Shown in pieces: positions 1 to 23,064 of a stretch of DNA of 64,000 nt. Positions within the stretch are counted from its first letter, which is position 1. Each line of letters opens with the position of its first letter. The notes beneath the pieces are model-generated. The model was not told the origin of the DNA and made no database searches. It saw nothing but the letters and a program-made list of their open reading frames with translations. Source of the DNA: Paraspadella gotoi (Eukaryota; Animalia; Chaetognatha); contig CM119264.1 in the NCBI GenBank assembly GCA_051294375.1, positions 9,112,764 through 9,176,763 on the forward strand, read 5' to 3'. The translations under genes and the position numbers were made by a program.

Positions 1-1015
1 AACCAACCCTTAAGCAATAAGCAAACCCCTATCCCTAACTTATGACATAATAATTTTGAATTCAAGCGAGAATGGGGCACATTTGTAAAATATGGGCGTT
101 TAGTTGATGAAAAGAATTCTACCAAAAGCGGCGAAGCCTATAAATCGATTACGATCGTAAAAAAAAACAAAAAAACATCGGCAGCCAATGAAAACCGCAG
201 GAAAAAAAAACGTTGAAAAAGACAAAAAACTAAAAAAAAAGTTGCGGCGATCAACGGTGAATGAGCTGGAATATTCAACGCTGAAAGACGTAAAACCCTG
301 GAGATGAAAAAGGGTGGAGAAACTCGCACCGTCGCCCGTGCCGAGTGGGAGAGGAGAAGAGAGAGAGAGAGAGAGCAGAGAGACAGGAGAAGAGAGATGA
401 GAGAGAAAGAGAAGAGAGAGAGATTCTTTGGCTTCGAACCCACGCGTCTCGCAAGGAATTCAGATGATGTGGGGAGGAAAGGGATTGGCGAAGGCAGACG
501 ATGTGGGTGAGAGCAGGTGAAGGAGAAAATTATGAGGTTTATGTGAGAATGTACTGTTAATTATTAGGCATTTGGTAACAAGTTTTGGAGTAAGACGTCA
601 AAGATAAAAACAAAAATGGGAACGATTGAAAATTTTAAGACATTTGGAATTAGTAAAAAAAAAACAACTAAAATTATGCTTTGAGAGTAAAGCCTGAATT
701 TTTTTATTTTTCAGAAAAATTATAAACACAAAAATCTCAATTCTTTTATCGAAAATATTTTTTTTTTTTACGGTTTCGTTTTTGTGACATCGATTGAAAT
801 CAAAAAGAATTTGCAGCTGCGTCGGGAGATTCAAAGCGCGCAACTCCAAAATTCTTCTCTCCTTAAATGTTGACTCTTCGCTATTTTTATATATTATCCT
901 TTATATATTATCCTTTTATTTAACTCATCCCGCTAACGGATTTCTCTCTACCGACTCAAGTTTCCAATCATCCCCGCTGTCGGGCCGCAATCCAGAGTGA
1001 GTGAGTGAGAGAGAG

Positions 1016-1089
<74 letters not shown>

Positions 1090-1245
1090 AGAAGGGAGAG
1101 AAATATAAAATATGTTTATTTCATAACCTTTTTTTTTTCTCCCGGACGCATACGATAGGCGTCGACCTCGGCCGGTTCAAAACAACACAAACAAACAAAT
1201 GAAAAAGCGAACACAACGAGTTCGAATAAAACGACATCTGCGTCA

Positions 1246-1277
<32 letters not shown>

Positions 1278-1689
1278 AAAAAAGGGAAATAACGAGACCG
1301 AATCAGCGACAATGAACTGAAATCGAAAACGAGGAAGGAAGTTTAATCTCATACATAATAATAATAATAATAATAATAATAATANNNNNNNNNNTATTGG
1401 TTGTACCAATTTCATATATATAAGTAAAGATGCCATGAAAAACGTCTTAAGGCTAATTAAAAAAAACGCATATGAAAAAAAAACATATATCACGGTAATT
1501 ATTAAATTCAATAAAGATGACGTTAAAAATGACATGAACGAAAAGTGGGCTCGAATCTCACCGCTGCCACCAGGATGAGATTTTATTCTGAGAATAAAGG
1601 TGACGGTGAGTCTTGATCAATGCTGCTGAAACTAGAGCAAACTAAGTATATTTATAACTAAGGAAGAGGATCGGCGACGTGGGTAAAAT

Positions 1690-1824
1690 TTACAGTTCCA
1701 ATGATTCTGCAAGCGGATTGGTCGATTCCGGTTTCATGCTTGACCAATCAGGATTCGGCGATTCCATTTCCTGCGGAGATCGCGCGAGCCTCCGATCCGA
1801 TTTGATTCTCTTGGCTTGATACTC
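1690..1824 (-). CDS. Candidate terminal coding exon (EYQAKRIKSDRRLARSPQEMESPNPDWSSMKPESTNPLAESLEL*), possibly of the LIM gene
   Basis: tttttacattactatcaacgcag| acceptor; open in phase 0 to TAA; higher GC and complexity than flanks; no recognised domain. Confidence 0.25.
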   Translation of the reverse strand, partial: EYQAKRIKSDRRLARSPQEMESPNPDWSSMKPESTNPLAESLEL

Positions 1825-2761
1825 CTGCGTTGATAGTAATGTAAAAAAAAAATAAGAAGCGATAACAAAAACTCGAGAAAGAACGACAAATAGGATAAAA
1901 ACTTTTTGAGAAATCTATTCAAATACAATGACAGACAAAACAGTCGATTCAAGATCGAAACGATTGCCTTGGTTATTGACAAAGAATGCAGAAAAGTACG
2001 AAAAAGTAATAAAAGTATCGTAATACTATAATATATTAATATATTATTATTATATAATATACTATATATATATTAAGATGATGTATTTGCCGAAGATGAC
2101 CATGGAGTAAATGAAAATGATGATGTAGTCAATGACAATGAAAATGACGACGAGGATGACGACGACGAAGACGACGACGAAGACGACGACGGATTTAACG
2201 ATCACGACCAGAAGAAAAACACCCAGTCTCGTCCGGAATTTTTACAAAAGGAAATCATTCGGGTCGCCCTGGCAACCGACGCGCCTTCCTGGAAAATAAA
2301 CAAATGCCGCCAACGACGATGAGGACGACGACGAGGAGAACGACGATGAGGAGAACGACGACGAGGAGAACGACGATGGACAAAGAAGTTGGAAACCAAC
2401 GACGACGACGTGGACGACGACCGTGATAAAGACGACGACAGAAAGAAATCGGAAGGGAAAAAAAAGAACATGAAGACGAAGATTTAAAATGACTGACGAA
2501 AAAAAAAAAAAAAAAAAAAAAACACACTAAACAACGCGTCTCAATCCTAAATTATATTGTTATAAAATCTTATTGTATCATTTAATTTTTTTCGAAATCA
2601 AAACGAGTTAGGCCATCTGCCTTCAAAGCAATGCCCGATTTATACATATATAAGTCAATGACACTTGATTAGACGTTTCAATAACATCGATGTCAATATT
2701 CTTTTTTCGGCAACGAAGACAGCAGTCCATGATTATGGAAATATTAATCATGCAGATATAT

Positions 2762-2895
2762 CGACGACAAAGATGACTATGACGACGAAGATGACAATGA
2801 TGACGAGGAAGATGATAATGACGACGAACATGACAATGACGACAAAGTTGACAATGACGACGAAGATGACAATGACGACGAAGATGATGACGATT
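2762..2895. repeat. 18-bp GAC/GAT-derived tandem repeat, ~7 copies
   Basis: Unit approximately gacgacgaagatgacaat. Confidence 0.8.
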
Positions 2896-4086
2896 GACGA
2901 GGTCCATGATATCGACGCACTTAATTACGATTCCGAGCTTAAAAAATACATGGAGTCGTTCCTCTTTTTTTCATCTCTTTTCAAGTCAGGTCGCGCTCGG
3001 ACTTAAGCTTCCATTCCTTTCCTCCCTTTCTTTCCACGCCCTCTCCAAGAAGAAAAAAAAATTGGTCTGGCGCCAGTTCCCAACTTTTTTATTCTTAGAA
3101 ACAAAAAGAAAAGAGAGGGGAGAAACTAAAAAGAGGAAAAAAGGAGAGAAAAGTTTTTTTTTTTTTTTTTCCTCCTTTCAGCGTAGATATGCAAATTTAT
3201 TGGGGCGAGAATTCGATGGGAGATTCGAGCTCCGAATCGTATCGCGATTCGAAGATGGTCACGCCCACCTACGTCCTTTCTCGGCAGCCATCTTGGATAG
3301 TCAGGTCCGTTGAGTTACGTGCTTGCTTACTAGCTCGAATCCTCGCTTTATTTCTCGGTCTTGCTTGCTTTCCTTTCTTTATTTTCTATCTTGGATTCTT
3401 TCTTTGCTCTCTCGTGGTTAATGGGAAATTGCGGGAAAAAAAAACAGCGCGAGGGAAAATTGAAAAAAATTGGAGGCGGAGCTGGCGGCGGATATTTGCG
3501 GAAAGAGAGAAAACAAATTCTCGAGAGGAAAACAAAAGAAAATCTTTTTTCCCTTCGACGAATTAGCGTCGCTTTATTCCCGTGTGTAAATTGAAGACAA
3601 AAAAAAAGTTATGATTTTCCGTCGATAGCATTTCGGGTTGCGCTTTTCTCAGCAAACATCTGGAAGCGTTTTCCACTCGACCAAAGCATTTTTTTTATAG
3701 AAAAATAGAAAAGCTCGTCTACTACAAAAACATATAGTCCGTTAAACACGACAATCATGCTTTTCCTCAAATATGGGATTCGTTTTTAATTTACACGTGT
3801 TTGTCGAAGAAAACGTTCAAAGAAGTGGAAGAACTTATTGTCCGCCCTCGTTAAACTGCTTTGTGACTCCTCTTTGGTTCTTTTGCAAACCCTTAACATA
3901 GCCGAAACCTCTCAACATCCCAGGAAGCCAGAAGCCGTAATTCGACCAAAGGCTTCGTTCGCCCTTCTACCCTTTACCCCCACATCTCTTCTACGGAGAG
4001 AGGAAGAAAGAGAGAAACTGCCTCTTTTGAAAGTCAAGTTTATTTATGAAGGCCAAGAATTCGCATTGGAGGTCAAGATTTGCAGA

Positions 4087-4138
<52 letters not shown>

Positions 4139-5005
4139 GGGAGAGAGAGAGAGAGAGAGAGAGAGTATTGAATATCGCCAGAGAATTGGAGAGGCCTGTG
4201 GGGCGCTGACGCGGGTATAAGCACTTTGTCGGCTTCAAGATTTATTTTTCCATTTTTTATGCCGAGTTTATCCAAAGCGAATGTGAAACGGATAAAAAAA
4301 AACAGAAGGACAATTTGAGAATAAAGAAATGGAAATGGAGGGACAAGGAGGGTCGAGGAAATACAAGGAAACATATTCGTCTGGAAAAAGGTTTTCATTC
4401 GAATGGATTCAATGCACCGATTTTAACGGAGAGGAGTCAGTTGTTAAAAATTTAAAATGTTTGCTAAATACGCGTCAGAGATCATGACGACCCGAACTCA
4501 CTCTATCTCTCTCCCTCTCCCTCTCTCTCTCTCTCCCCCTCTCTCTCCCTCTTTCCGCCACCTCCTCACTTTTTCACGACGTCAGCTCTTGCTTTTCAAT
4601 TCTACATTCGTGCCGTTTTTGTAATATAATCAAACGCACTTTACAAATATCATTTACTACAGGTAACAGAAATAATTTAATCATAACTGATATCAAGTTC
4701 GCACTTTGTTTCGATAAAGTTTCTCTTTTAAGGATTGAGTCTTGGCTTCTTCTTCATATTGAGAGAAGCGGTTGATGGAAGAAAGAAGCCTCAACTCGAC
4801 CATCAATCAGTTGAGGCGGGGCGCGGTTTTCGTGTCAAACAACTTTTTTTTTTATAAACACTGCTTTATGCAAATCAACATTTTTTTTTATTTTTCTTTC
4901 GCTTTTTCCGCTTTCGCGGCTAATAGAGTTTCGCCACTTCATGCGGGGCGAGACCTGAGAAACTGCGTAACGTGATTAACGGAGAGAAGAGAAAGAAAGT
5001 AGGGA

Positions 5006-5049
<44 letters not shown>

Positions 5050-5451
5050 AAAAAAAATTATATATACAAATATATGTATTGAAATAAGAACAAAGAGCAA
5101 GATTTACATAGAAGTTTTTTAAAAAAATATTTTCAGTAAAGATAAGCCATCTAACCACACAATTTCTGATTAAATTCACACTCCAACTCTCGTATTTTTT
5201 TATAAATATAATGAAGCCGCTGGCGTGGTGACGTCATTTCACTTTTGGCGAATCGCGTCGAGAGAATTCCTTAATTCTTTATTCCTCTCCGTTTTTTGGG
5301 GGGGCAAAGGTGGGCAAAGGGGGGCAAAGGTGGGAGCAAGTGACGCAACGATGCCGTCGGGGGTTTTAACTTCCTCTTTTCTAAAACGAGCGAAAAAAAA
5401 AGTTAATTTGATTATCAGTCGCTTTCGCTGTCTCCCTCTCCTATTTCTCTC

Positions 5452-5526
<75 letters not shown>

Positions 5527-5834
5527 TCTCCTTCTCTCTCTCTCTAAAAAATGAGAAAACAAATAAACACACTCACTTTTTTAGTCGCCCTCACATCTTT
5601 TGGTCGACTCTTTTTCGGATTCCGACTCACATTGGTGTCATCTGATAAGTTAAAAAAAAATTAATTTTTAATATTGTCAAGGAGAAGGTTTTATCAAAAG
5701 GAAGTCGTCGTCGTCATCATCCACATTTTCGTCGTCGTCGTCGTCGTCGTTGACACGACAAGATTTTCTCAGAGTTTCGTCTTCCCCTCCTTCGATCATT
5801 ACCCGTATACTGACAGGAAACCACAACGACGACG

Positions 5835-5868
<34 letters not shown>

Positions 5869-6289
5869 CCGCCGTTAACTTCTATCGTCAAGTTTTCAAT
5901 ATCAATAAAAAAGCGGCAACAACAACAACAACAACGACTACGACGAAAGAGGGAACTTAATGACGATGAAGACTATGACGAATAGATGGCGTCAGTTCCA
6001 CCGTCGCTTTAATAAAAAAAAATAATTAAGAAAAAAAAGACTTTTAACGGAAATATAACGAACAAGATTTATATCGAAGGCGAAGCAGCGACGAAATTCG
6101 ACGTCTTACCCCATCAACAACATCGACAACAACAACAGCAGCAGGAACATCGACGACATAAAAATCACCATCGTCATCAGCATTTTCTCGGTTCTCATTT
6201 TCTCCTCCGCAGTCGTTATCATCGTCGTCGTTCCAAACACTAATTCCCCGCGCTTTATTGCAATAACTTCTCCATGTGATTTTTGCCCC

Positions 6290-6672
6290 TGGAGTCACCT
6301 CAGTCACTATCTTGGTCGCAGTCAGAGTCACAGTCACCATCTTGGTCAGTCACCTCGGTCACGATCTTGGTCGCAGTCAGAGTCACAGTCACCATCTTGG
6401 TCAGTCACCTCGGTCACGATCTTGGTCGCAGTCAGAGTCACAGTCACCATCTTGGTCAGTCACCTCGGTCACCATCTTGGTCGCAGTCAGAGTCACAGTC
6501 ACCATCTTGGTCAGTCACCTCAGTCAGGATCTTGGTCGCAGTCAGAGTCACCAGTCACCATCTTGGTCAGTCACCTCAGTCAGGATCTTGGTCGCAGTCA
6601 GAGTCACAGTTACCATCTTGGTCAGTCACCTCAGTCACGATCTTGGTCGCAGTCAGAGTCACAGTCACCATC
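6290..6672. repeat. 55-bp minisatellite, ~7 copies
   Basis: Unit caccatcttggtcagtcacctcggtcacgatcttggtcgcagtcagagtcacagt. Confidence 0.9.
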
Positions 6673-6842
6673 TTTCTCGCCCTCGAAGCCAAACGTCGTT
6701 GATCATCTCGACATCGGCAAAATTTATATTCGAAATCCACGCGTAAAATCATCGCTGACAGTGACAACGACTACGACAACAACAACGACAACAGAAATAG
6801 AAAAAACTTAACGGAAAAAGTATTCATTAATGTTCTATTTTA

Positions 6843-7121
6843 TGTTGGATCTGCTTATCAGCAGATTCCGACTCTATTATCCACTTTGTCGGTCCGTCTG
6901 TCCCACCCCTAAATTAATTATTTCTACCATAGTAACAGTTCAGTTTAATCCGTTGGAAGCAATTTACATGTACTGGCGCAGCCACTGGTTTGGTAGGGTA
7001 CAATCTGTTAAGATCAGCTAGCATCACAAATTGAAATAATTATCATATTTTATCATCTGACAAGCTGATTACCGCTTAATTATCTTCGGCAGATCCGACA
7101 TTGTTTGCTCAAACTTGTTTT
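6843..7121 (+). mobile_element. Non-autonomous Helentron/HINE (DINE-1-like) element, family B
   Basis: 5' subTIR tgttggatctgc with adjacent partial IR gcagattccgac, a gtcggtccgtctgtc microsatellite, 3' subTIR gcagatccgaca, hairpin gtttgctcaaac, then ttgtttt. Confidence 0.65.
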
Positions 7122-7571
7122 ATCATATTTTTCCATATTAAAATTTTTTAAACGAGTTGACAAACTGACAGTTTTGACATGTGCAATAGAATTCTCTTAA
7201 GGTAATTCGAGAACAAAAGGAGTGTCAAGGACGTATACGATTTATTTTCATTATATAACTTGTTTTCAGATTTTTTTTATTTATGCTTAATAAGTAAAAT
7301 CTCTTTGAACTTAATCTTAAATATACTTAAAATTAAATATTTGAATATAATTGTGAAACACGAATCATTTCAAGTCTTGTACAGTTAAAGACGTTTAATG
7401 TGACTAACCTGGCTCATCTAGATTTGGCTGCTTGAAAGTAGATTTTCTACCCACCTAGTTAAAGAAACCAATCAAATTGTAGTAATTTTTATCTCAGTTG
7501 AAGAGTTAATGACATGGTGAAATCGAATAAAAACTAATTAAAAATGATTTGATAAACTTTATTTCACTCAC

Positions 7572-18365
<10,794 letters not shown>

Positions 18366-19511
18366 TATTTTATAAAAACGTAAAAAAGGTTTTAGCTTAT
18401 TAAAAACGCAGTAAATTTCTGTTAATCTCAAAGAAAACTTTTTATTGCGGCTATTTAACCACTTTCTCGTATTCAAAAACTTTTCATTTGATAATTATAT
18501 ACAACCAATTGCTTGGTAGTTTCTGTGATAATAATGTGATATCTCTTTGATCGCTTAATAAATCCTCTAAAATTATAGTATCCGTATGAGTCGAAATGTT
18601 TTTGGGGGGAAAGAATTATAAAGATAATAGTATTTAGTGTATTGACTAATTTATTAGCTTTATAAACAGATGCGATTTTGGGAGAGCTTCATTTCTTGCC
18701 CCCTGATATTAAAAACGACAAAACTGTCAACCCCATTGCGAGAACATTAACACACACTCAGTCNNNNNNNNNNTCTCTCCGCTCCCTCGTAATGACGCCT
18801 TGGAACCAGTGAAGTAAAAGGGAAAGACAAGCAGCCAAACCTAAAATGAATTGACAGGGAAAAACAAGCGCCACAGTCCTAAAATGAAATTGAGAAGCGA
18901 GATTGCGTCAGAATGATCAGTCTTTGGTAGACAAATTTCATCATGTCTCAAAGTCATGACTTGAGATGTGATGATTAGGATAAAAAACCAAAATTGTCAA
19001 TCACGAATCACCAACGACAAAACCCTTAAACTGGGAAACGTATAATTTGTTCTGACATCCGGCCGGACCCCAAAAATGTTCAAGCGAATGAGAGAGACAA
19101 AGAGGCTCGGACCATAAGAGCCATGAGAATGGGAGACAAAAACGTCCGCGGCTTAAAAGCGCTCAACAGAAAAACGATCGGCCTCGAAAAAAAAAAAATT
19201 GTTATGACAGATTTATTAACAAAGCGACAACCATTCATATCCCGAAAACGGACGTTTTTACGGCGTTAGGGGAACCGAGTATAGGAATTTATTTTTGGGT
19301 GGAAGCATGCCACGGTCGTTTTATGCTTACTGGCCTCGTCATGCGGAACGTAGACCACGTATTACTTATCGTTCTTAATTTAAAGTTCCTAATTTTAAAC
19401 TGTCCCTAGACAACGATAACCGAACAAAGCGAATAAACAGATTGGATTTTAGGGTAAAGGGAAAATTGTGGCCGAGGGCGAATCCTAAATTCGTCTTCCG
19501 TATAGCTTGGA

Positions 19512-19726
19512 CAGCTCGTCCCATTGGCTTGGACAGCTAAGTACTCGTTCACCAACTGTGAGTTCCGGGTTCAGTCCCCTCACGGTCACGCTGGTTAAAG
19601 TGTGATGGTGTCGGCATAAACACGCCAGTGACATGGGGTGGTCACTGCAGGTCCAAAGCCCTTAGCGCCAGCTGTCGGGAGATGCCTCACACCCCAGGCA
19701 TCACACATGTCCCTCCGTTGCCATAG
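19512..19726 (+). mobile_element. tRNA-headed SINE-like element carrying a twister ribozyme, copy 1
   Basis: A-box-like tggcttggacagc, B-box gggttcagtccc, twister core, 3' hairpin gatgcct/aggcatc, end cgttgccatag; homologous to copies at 19762 and 41756. Confidence 0.7.
19590..19672 (+). ncRNA. Twister ribozyme, type-P5 permutation (predicted cleavage 19617^19618)
   Basis: P5 gctgg/ccagc; P2 GTGT/ACAC; L1 GA-TG-G...T^AA; GCC; P3 cagtgac/gtcactg; P4 agg/cct with L4 TC-CA-AAGC; T1 TG:CA. Confidence 0.85.
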
Positions 19727-19761
19727 CGGTTTATTCACACCTCCTCACATCCACCATCTTT

Positions 19762-19978
19762 AAGCTAATCCCATTGGCTCAACGTGGAACACACCATTCC
19801 AGGCGTTGTGTTCTATCCACAGTCCTAACGACTTCCCTCTGCGTTGGCAAAGCGAGACCGTCCTCGGGTAACCGCGCCAGTGAGAGGAGGCGTCACTGAG
19901 GGTCGGAAGCCCCGTAAAAGACAACAGTGAGATGCCACCTCCCAATGGGCATCACAGGCAACCCGGCTGTACCCATAG
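19762..19978 (+). mobile_element. tRNA-headed SINE-like twister element, copy 2 (head-to-tail with copy 1, 252-bp period)
   Basis: Head tcccattggctcaacgtgg, degenerate B box gtgttctatcc, twister core, hairpin gatgcc/ggcatc, end cccatag. Confidence 0.6.
19843..19925 (+). ncRNA. Twister ribozyme, type-P5 permutation (predicted cleavage 19869^19870)
   Basis: P5 gttg/caac; P2 GCG(A)/(C)CGC with one mismatch; L1 GA-CC-G...T^AA; P3 cagtga/tcactg; P4 ggg/ccc with L4 TC-GG-AAGC; T1 CC:GG. Confidence 0.75.
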
Positions 19979-20450
19979 AGTATTCGTTTATCGGTTTCTT
20001 TGTTAATTGGCTGGGTCCTTCAAATTGTTCGTCTTGTACTATAGTGGGTTGTAAGATTGAGATTAAAGGTTTTTTCGTTTCGCTATTTAGAGATTGCATT
20101 TGAAAAAAATATTTCGTGTAAAACTTATTACTGGTGTGGAGTTCATTCTTCACATATTTTATATGAAAACGTCAAGTGTAACTGTAACAGTAAAATTACA
20201 CTTTGTACGACAATTTTTCGTACATTTCTTTTTATTACTTATTTTTTTGGTAATTTGCACCCTATCATTTCCTCTACCCATTTTTCTTTCCTCCACCTAC
20301 TCCCCGAAGGCTCCTTCTTCACCTTCCTCTTCGATCTTCTTTTTCTTCTTCTCCTTTCCTCCTCCTTCTCCTCCTCCTCCTCTTCATTCTACTCCTCTTC
20401 ATTCTACTCCTCCTCCTCGTCCATCCTGCCAACGTTCCCTCATTCTTCGA

Positions 20451-20494
<44 letters not shown>

Positions 20495-21199
20495 CGGTTT
20501 CCTTTCCATTTCGTCATACACTGGATTTTCTCGCCGCCCGGATTCTCTCGCTCTCCATTTTTCCCTATTTTTATTCCTATTTCCTTCATTCATCCATTTT
20601 TCTCGATTATTTTTTTTTGTTCTGGATTCGTAGTTTTTCGTCCTTCGATTTTTTTTTCTCGGCGACTGTCAACCTCAGGTAGGAAGAACATATGTACCGC
20701 TTGAAAAAAAATGCCGTATGACCTTGAATTGTTTGTGTTCTAGATTAATTGGTTCGCCTTGGCAAATAAACCAGTTCTCGACTTGGAAGAAATTTAAAAC
20801 AAATTAAAAGAAAACCGAAAGGTTTTGTAATGCGTTACTAATTTTCGTTATTAATAAAAAATACTACTAAAAAATCTTAGGTGTTAATTAAATACTTTGT
20901 GATTATCGTCTAAGTGTTTAAATCCTTATGTTGTCCCTTTAATTTGCCGTTAGAGATGTACGCAAAAATTCCTCTTTATAAAAGAGCAGAGCTTCACGAG
21001 AAAAGGGCAGACCGCTATTGCTACTTAGCTTATTTAATTAACGAAAGGATTTTAAGTTAATTGAAAAATACGATTTTTATAATTTCGTTCTTAATACAAT
21101 AATACATTGTATAATTATATTACGTTACACAATGTATTATGCACATAAAAGTGGCACATTGTACAATCGCTTTCTGTCTTCGAAGCCAACGCATCACTT

Positions 21200-21490
21200 T
21201 GAGGCCAACGAGGCCAACGAGGCCAACGAGGTCAACTCAAGCTGGCCTCGATGTCGATTTGATATCGAGGTCGATTTGACCCTACGGTCAACAGGCCAAC
21301 AGGATCCCGAGGTCAACTTCATAGGCCTTTAGGTGAACGATTACAGCTCAAGGTCAACCCAGATAAAAGGTCAACTCAAATAGTCAGACTCATAGAGGTC
21401 AATCAAGGTTGACTTGGATTTGAGTTCAACTCGGTCTCGAGCTCAAGGTCAACCAAACCTCGACGTCAACCTCATCCGTCTGCAGGTTGA
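21200..21490 (+). repeat. Degenerate cluster of AGGYCAAC motifs
   Basis: gaggccaac x3 plus six exact AGGTCA (21229, 21310, 21351, 21368, 21396, 21446), all on the + strand. Confidence 0.7.
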
Positions 21491-22697
21491 GATCATTTGT
21501 CACGAAATTTCGAACTTGAGGATTTCCGTCATCAGTAAATGCTTTTGTCTAGTAATGACAGTTTCTTGAAAAAATGCGTCTCTGATTCGTTATGAATTTT
21601 TTTTTGATTATTATTCTTTAATAATCTTTATTTATTATCATTAAGAACACAATGTGTACAACATTATACGAAGAACGGAATGAAGAACAACTTAAACATT
21701 GCTTCTACTTTCTTTTATGACACGTCACAAAAATTTTAGAACAAATAAAGGAGTCGCTTAAATACTTCATCACTATAGATACATATATATATTATATATG
21801 GATATAAAGCTCAAAAGGTTTTATTTCCTCGCTTGAATCCCTCTTCGCCTTTGACTCTCGCCGCAAAAAGCTTGCTACGTCAGCAGAAACGACGATAGGA
21901 GAATTTGAATTGGAACTGAATGCGAAATACCTTTGCTTTTCAGAGCTCGCGACGGCGCCTTTGCTACCAGAATGACTCAATAATTTGAGGATTTTGCAAG
22001 CAGCCAAGCATCTAAGGAATTGCGCAATGCACTTACATCTTGGGAATACACCTAACATCTCAAGACAGCTCATTGAACCCCGGCCTTCCTTCCTCTTTTT
22101 CCTTCTCATCTTTTTCTCCGTTGCTTCCCTCCTTAATTGCTTCCTTCATTAATTCCTTCTTTCCTTTTTTTTTTCCATTTCTTCCCATTACATTCTTTCC
22201 TTCCTTCATTGCTTCGTTCTCTTCTCGATGTCTCATTTCTCAATTTCAGTGTTTTTTTTCTTTGGCGCCAAATGCATAGAAAATTAGGTATTACAAAAAT
22301 CGGGCTTGTGATGCCGCTTTTTTGGTGGGAGGGCGGGAAAAAATGTGACTCCGTCCCATTTCATAATTATAAAAAGCATTATCAAAAAGCGTTAAAAAAT
22401 GTTAAAATTTTGATTTAAAAATGTTAATTTTTGAAGCTCTTAAATATTTTATCGCTCAATAGTTATATAAAATCCGCCAGGGAACAATAAAACTAAAAGA
22501 CAGCGTCGACGGCTAATAGAAAGAGAGAATAATCGTTTCTAAAGTGAGCTTCCCCTGCCCCGGATCCCCTCTCCAATCTCCAAATGCCAGCGCGAAATCC
22601 GAACTGATCTACGCCACCGTTTTCCTAACCTGCCTCATTGCGACTCTCAGAATTAACTCGAATCCATTCTGAATGGAACCGCCTCCCATTCTCACTC

Positions 22698-22814
<117 letters not shown>

Positions 22815-23031
22815 GTTTCTGTTTGTTCGTCCCCCTGGCACGGAAGGTGGGTCGGCGTCGTGTCTGCCGGTCGCTTTGCTGTAACCCAGTTAAGACGACG
22901 ACAATACAGACGATAGAAGCGACACCGAACGACGACGACGACGAGGCGAGGAAAATGACGATGACGACGACGTCAAAGATGACGACAAAAAAGAAGATGA
23001 CGATGACGTCGATAATGACGATATGAATGAA

Positions 23032-23064
<33 letters not shown>

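Noticed and set aside
3182-3304. Candidate plus-strand exon (tttcag| ... |gtccgt)
   Set aside because: Two frames are open, the donor is weak, and there is no recognisable protein or partner exon.
6290-6672. Regular repeat array considered as possible CRISPR
   Set aside because: The units are contiguous with no unique spacers, the context is eukaryotic, and there are no cas genes.
21792-22109. Minus-strand ORF with splice-like signals
   Set aside because: No recognisable motif, and no consistent multi-exon model could be built.
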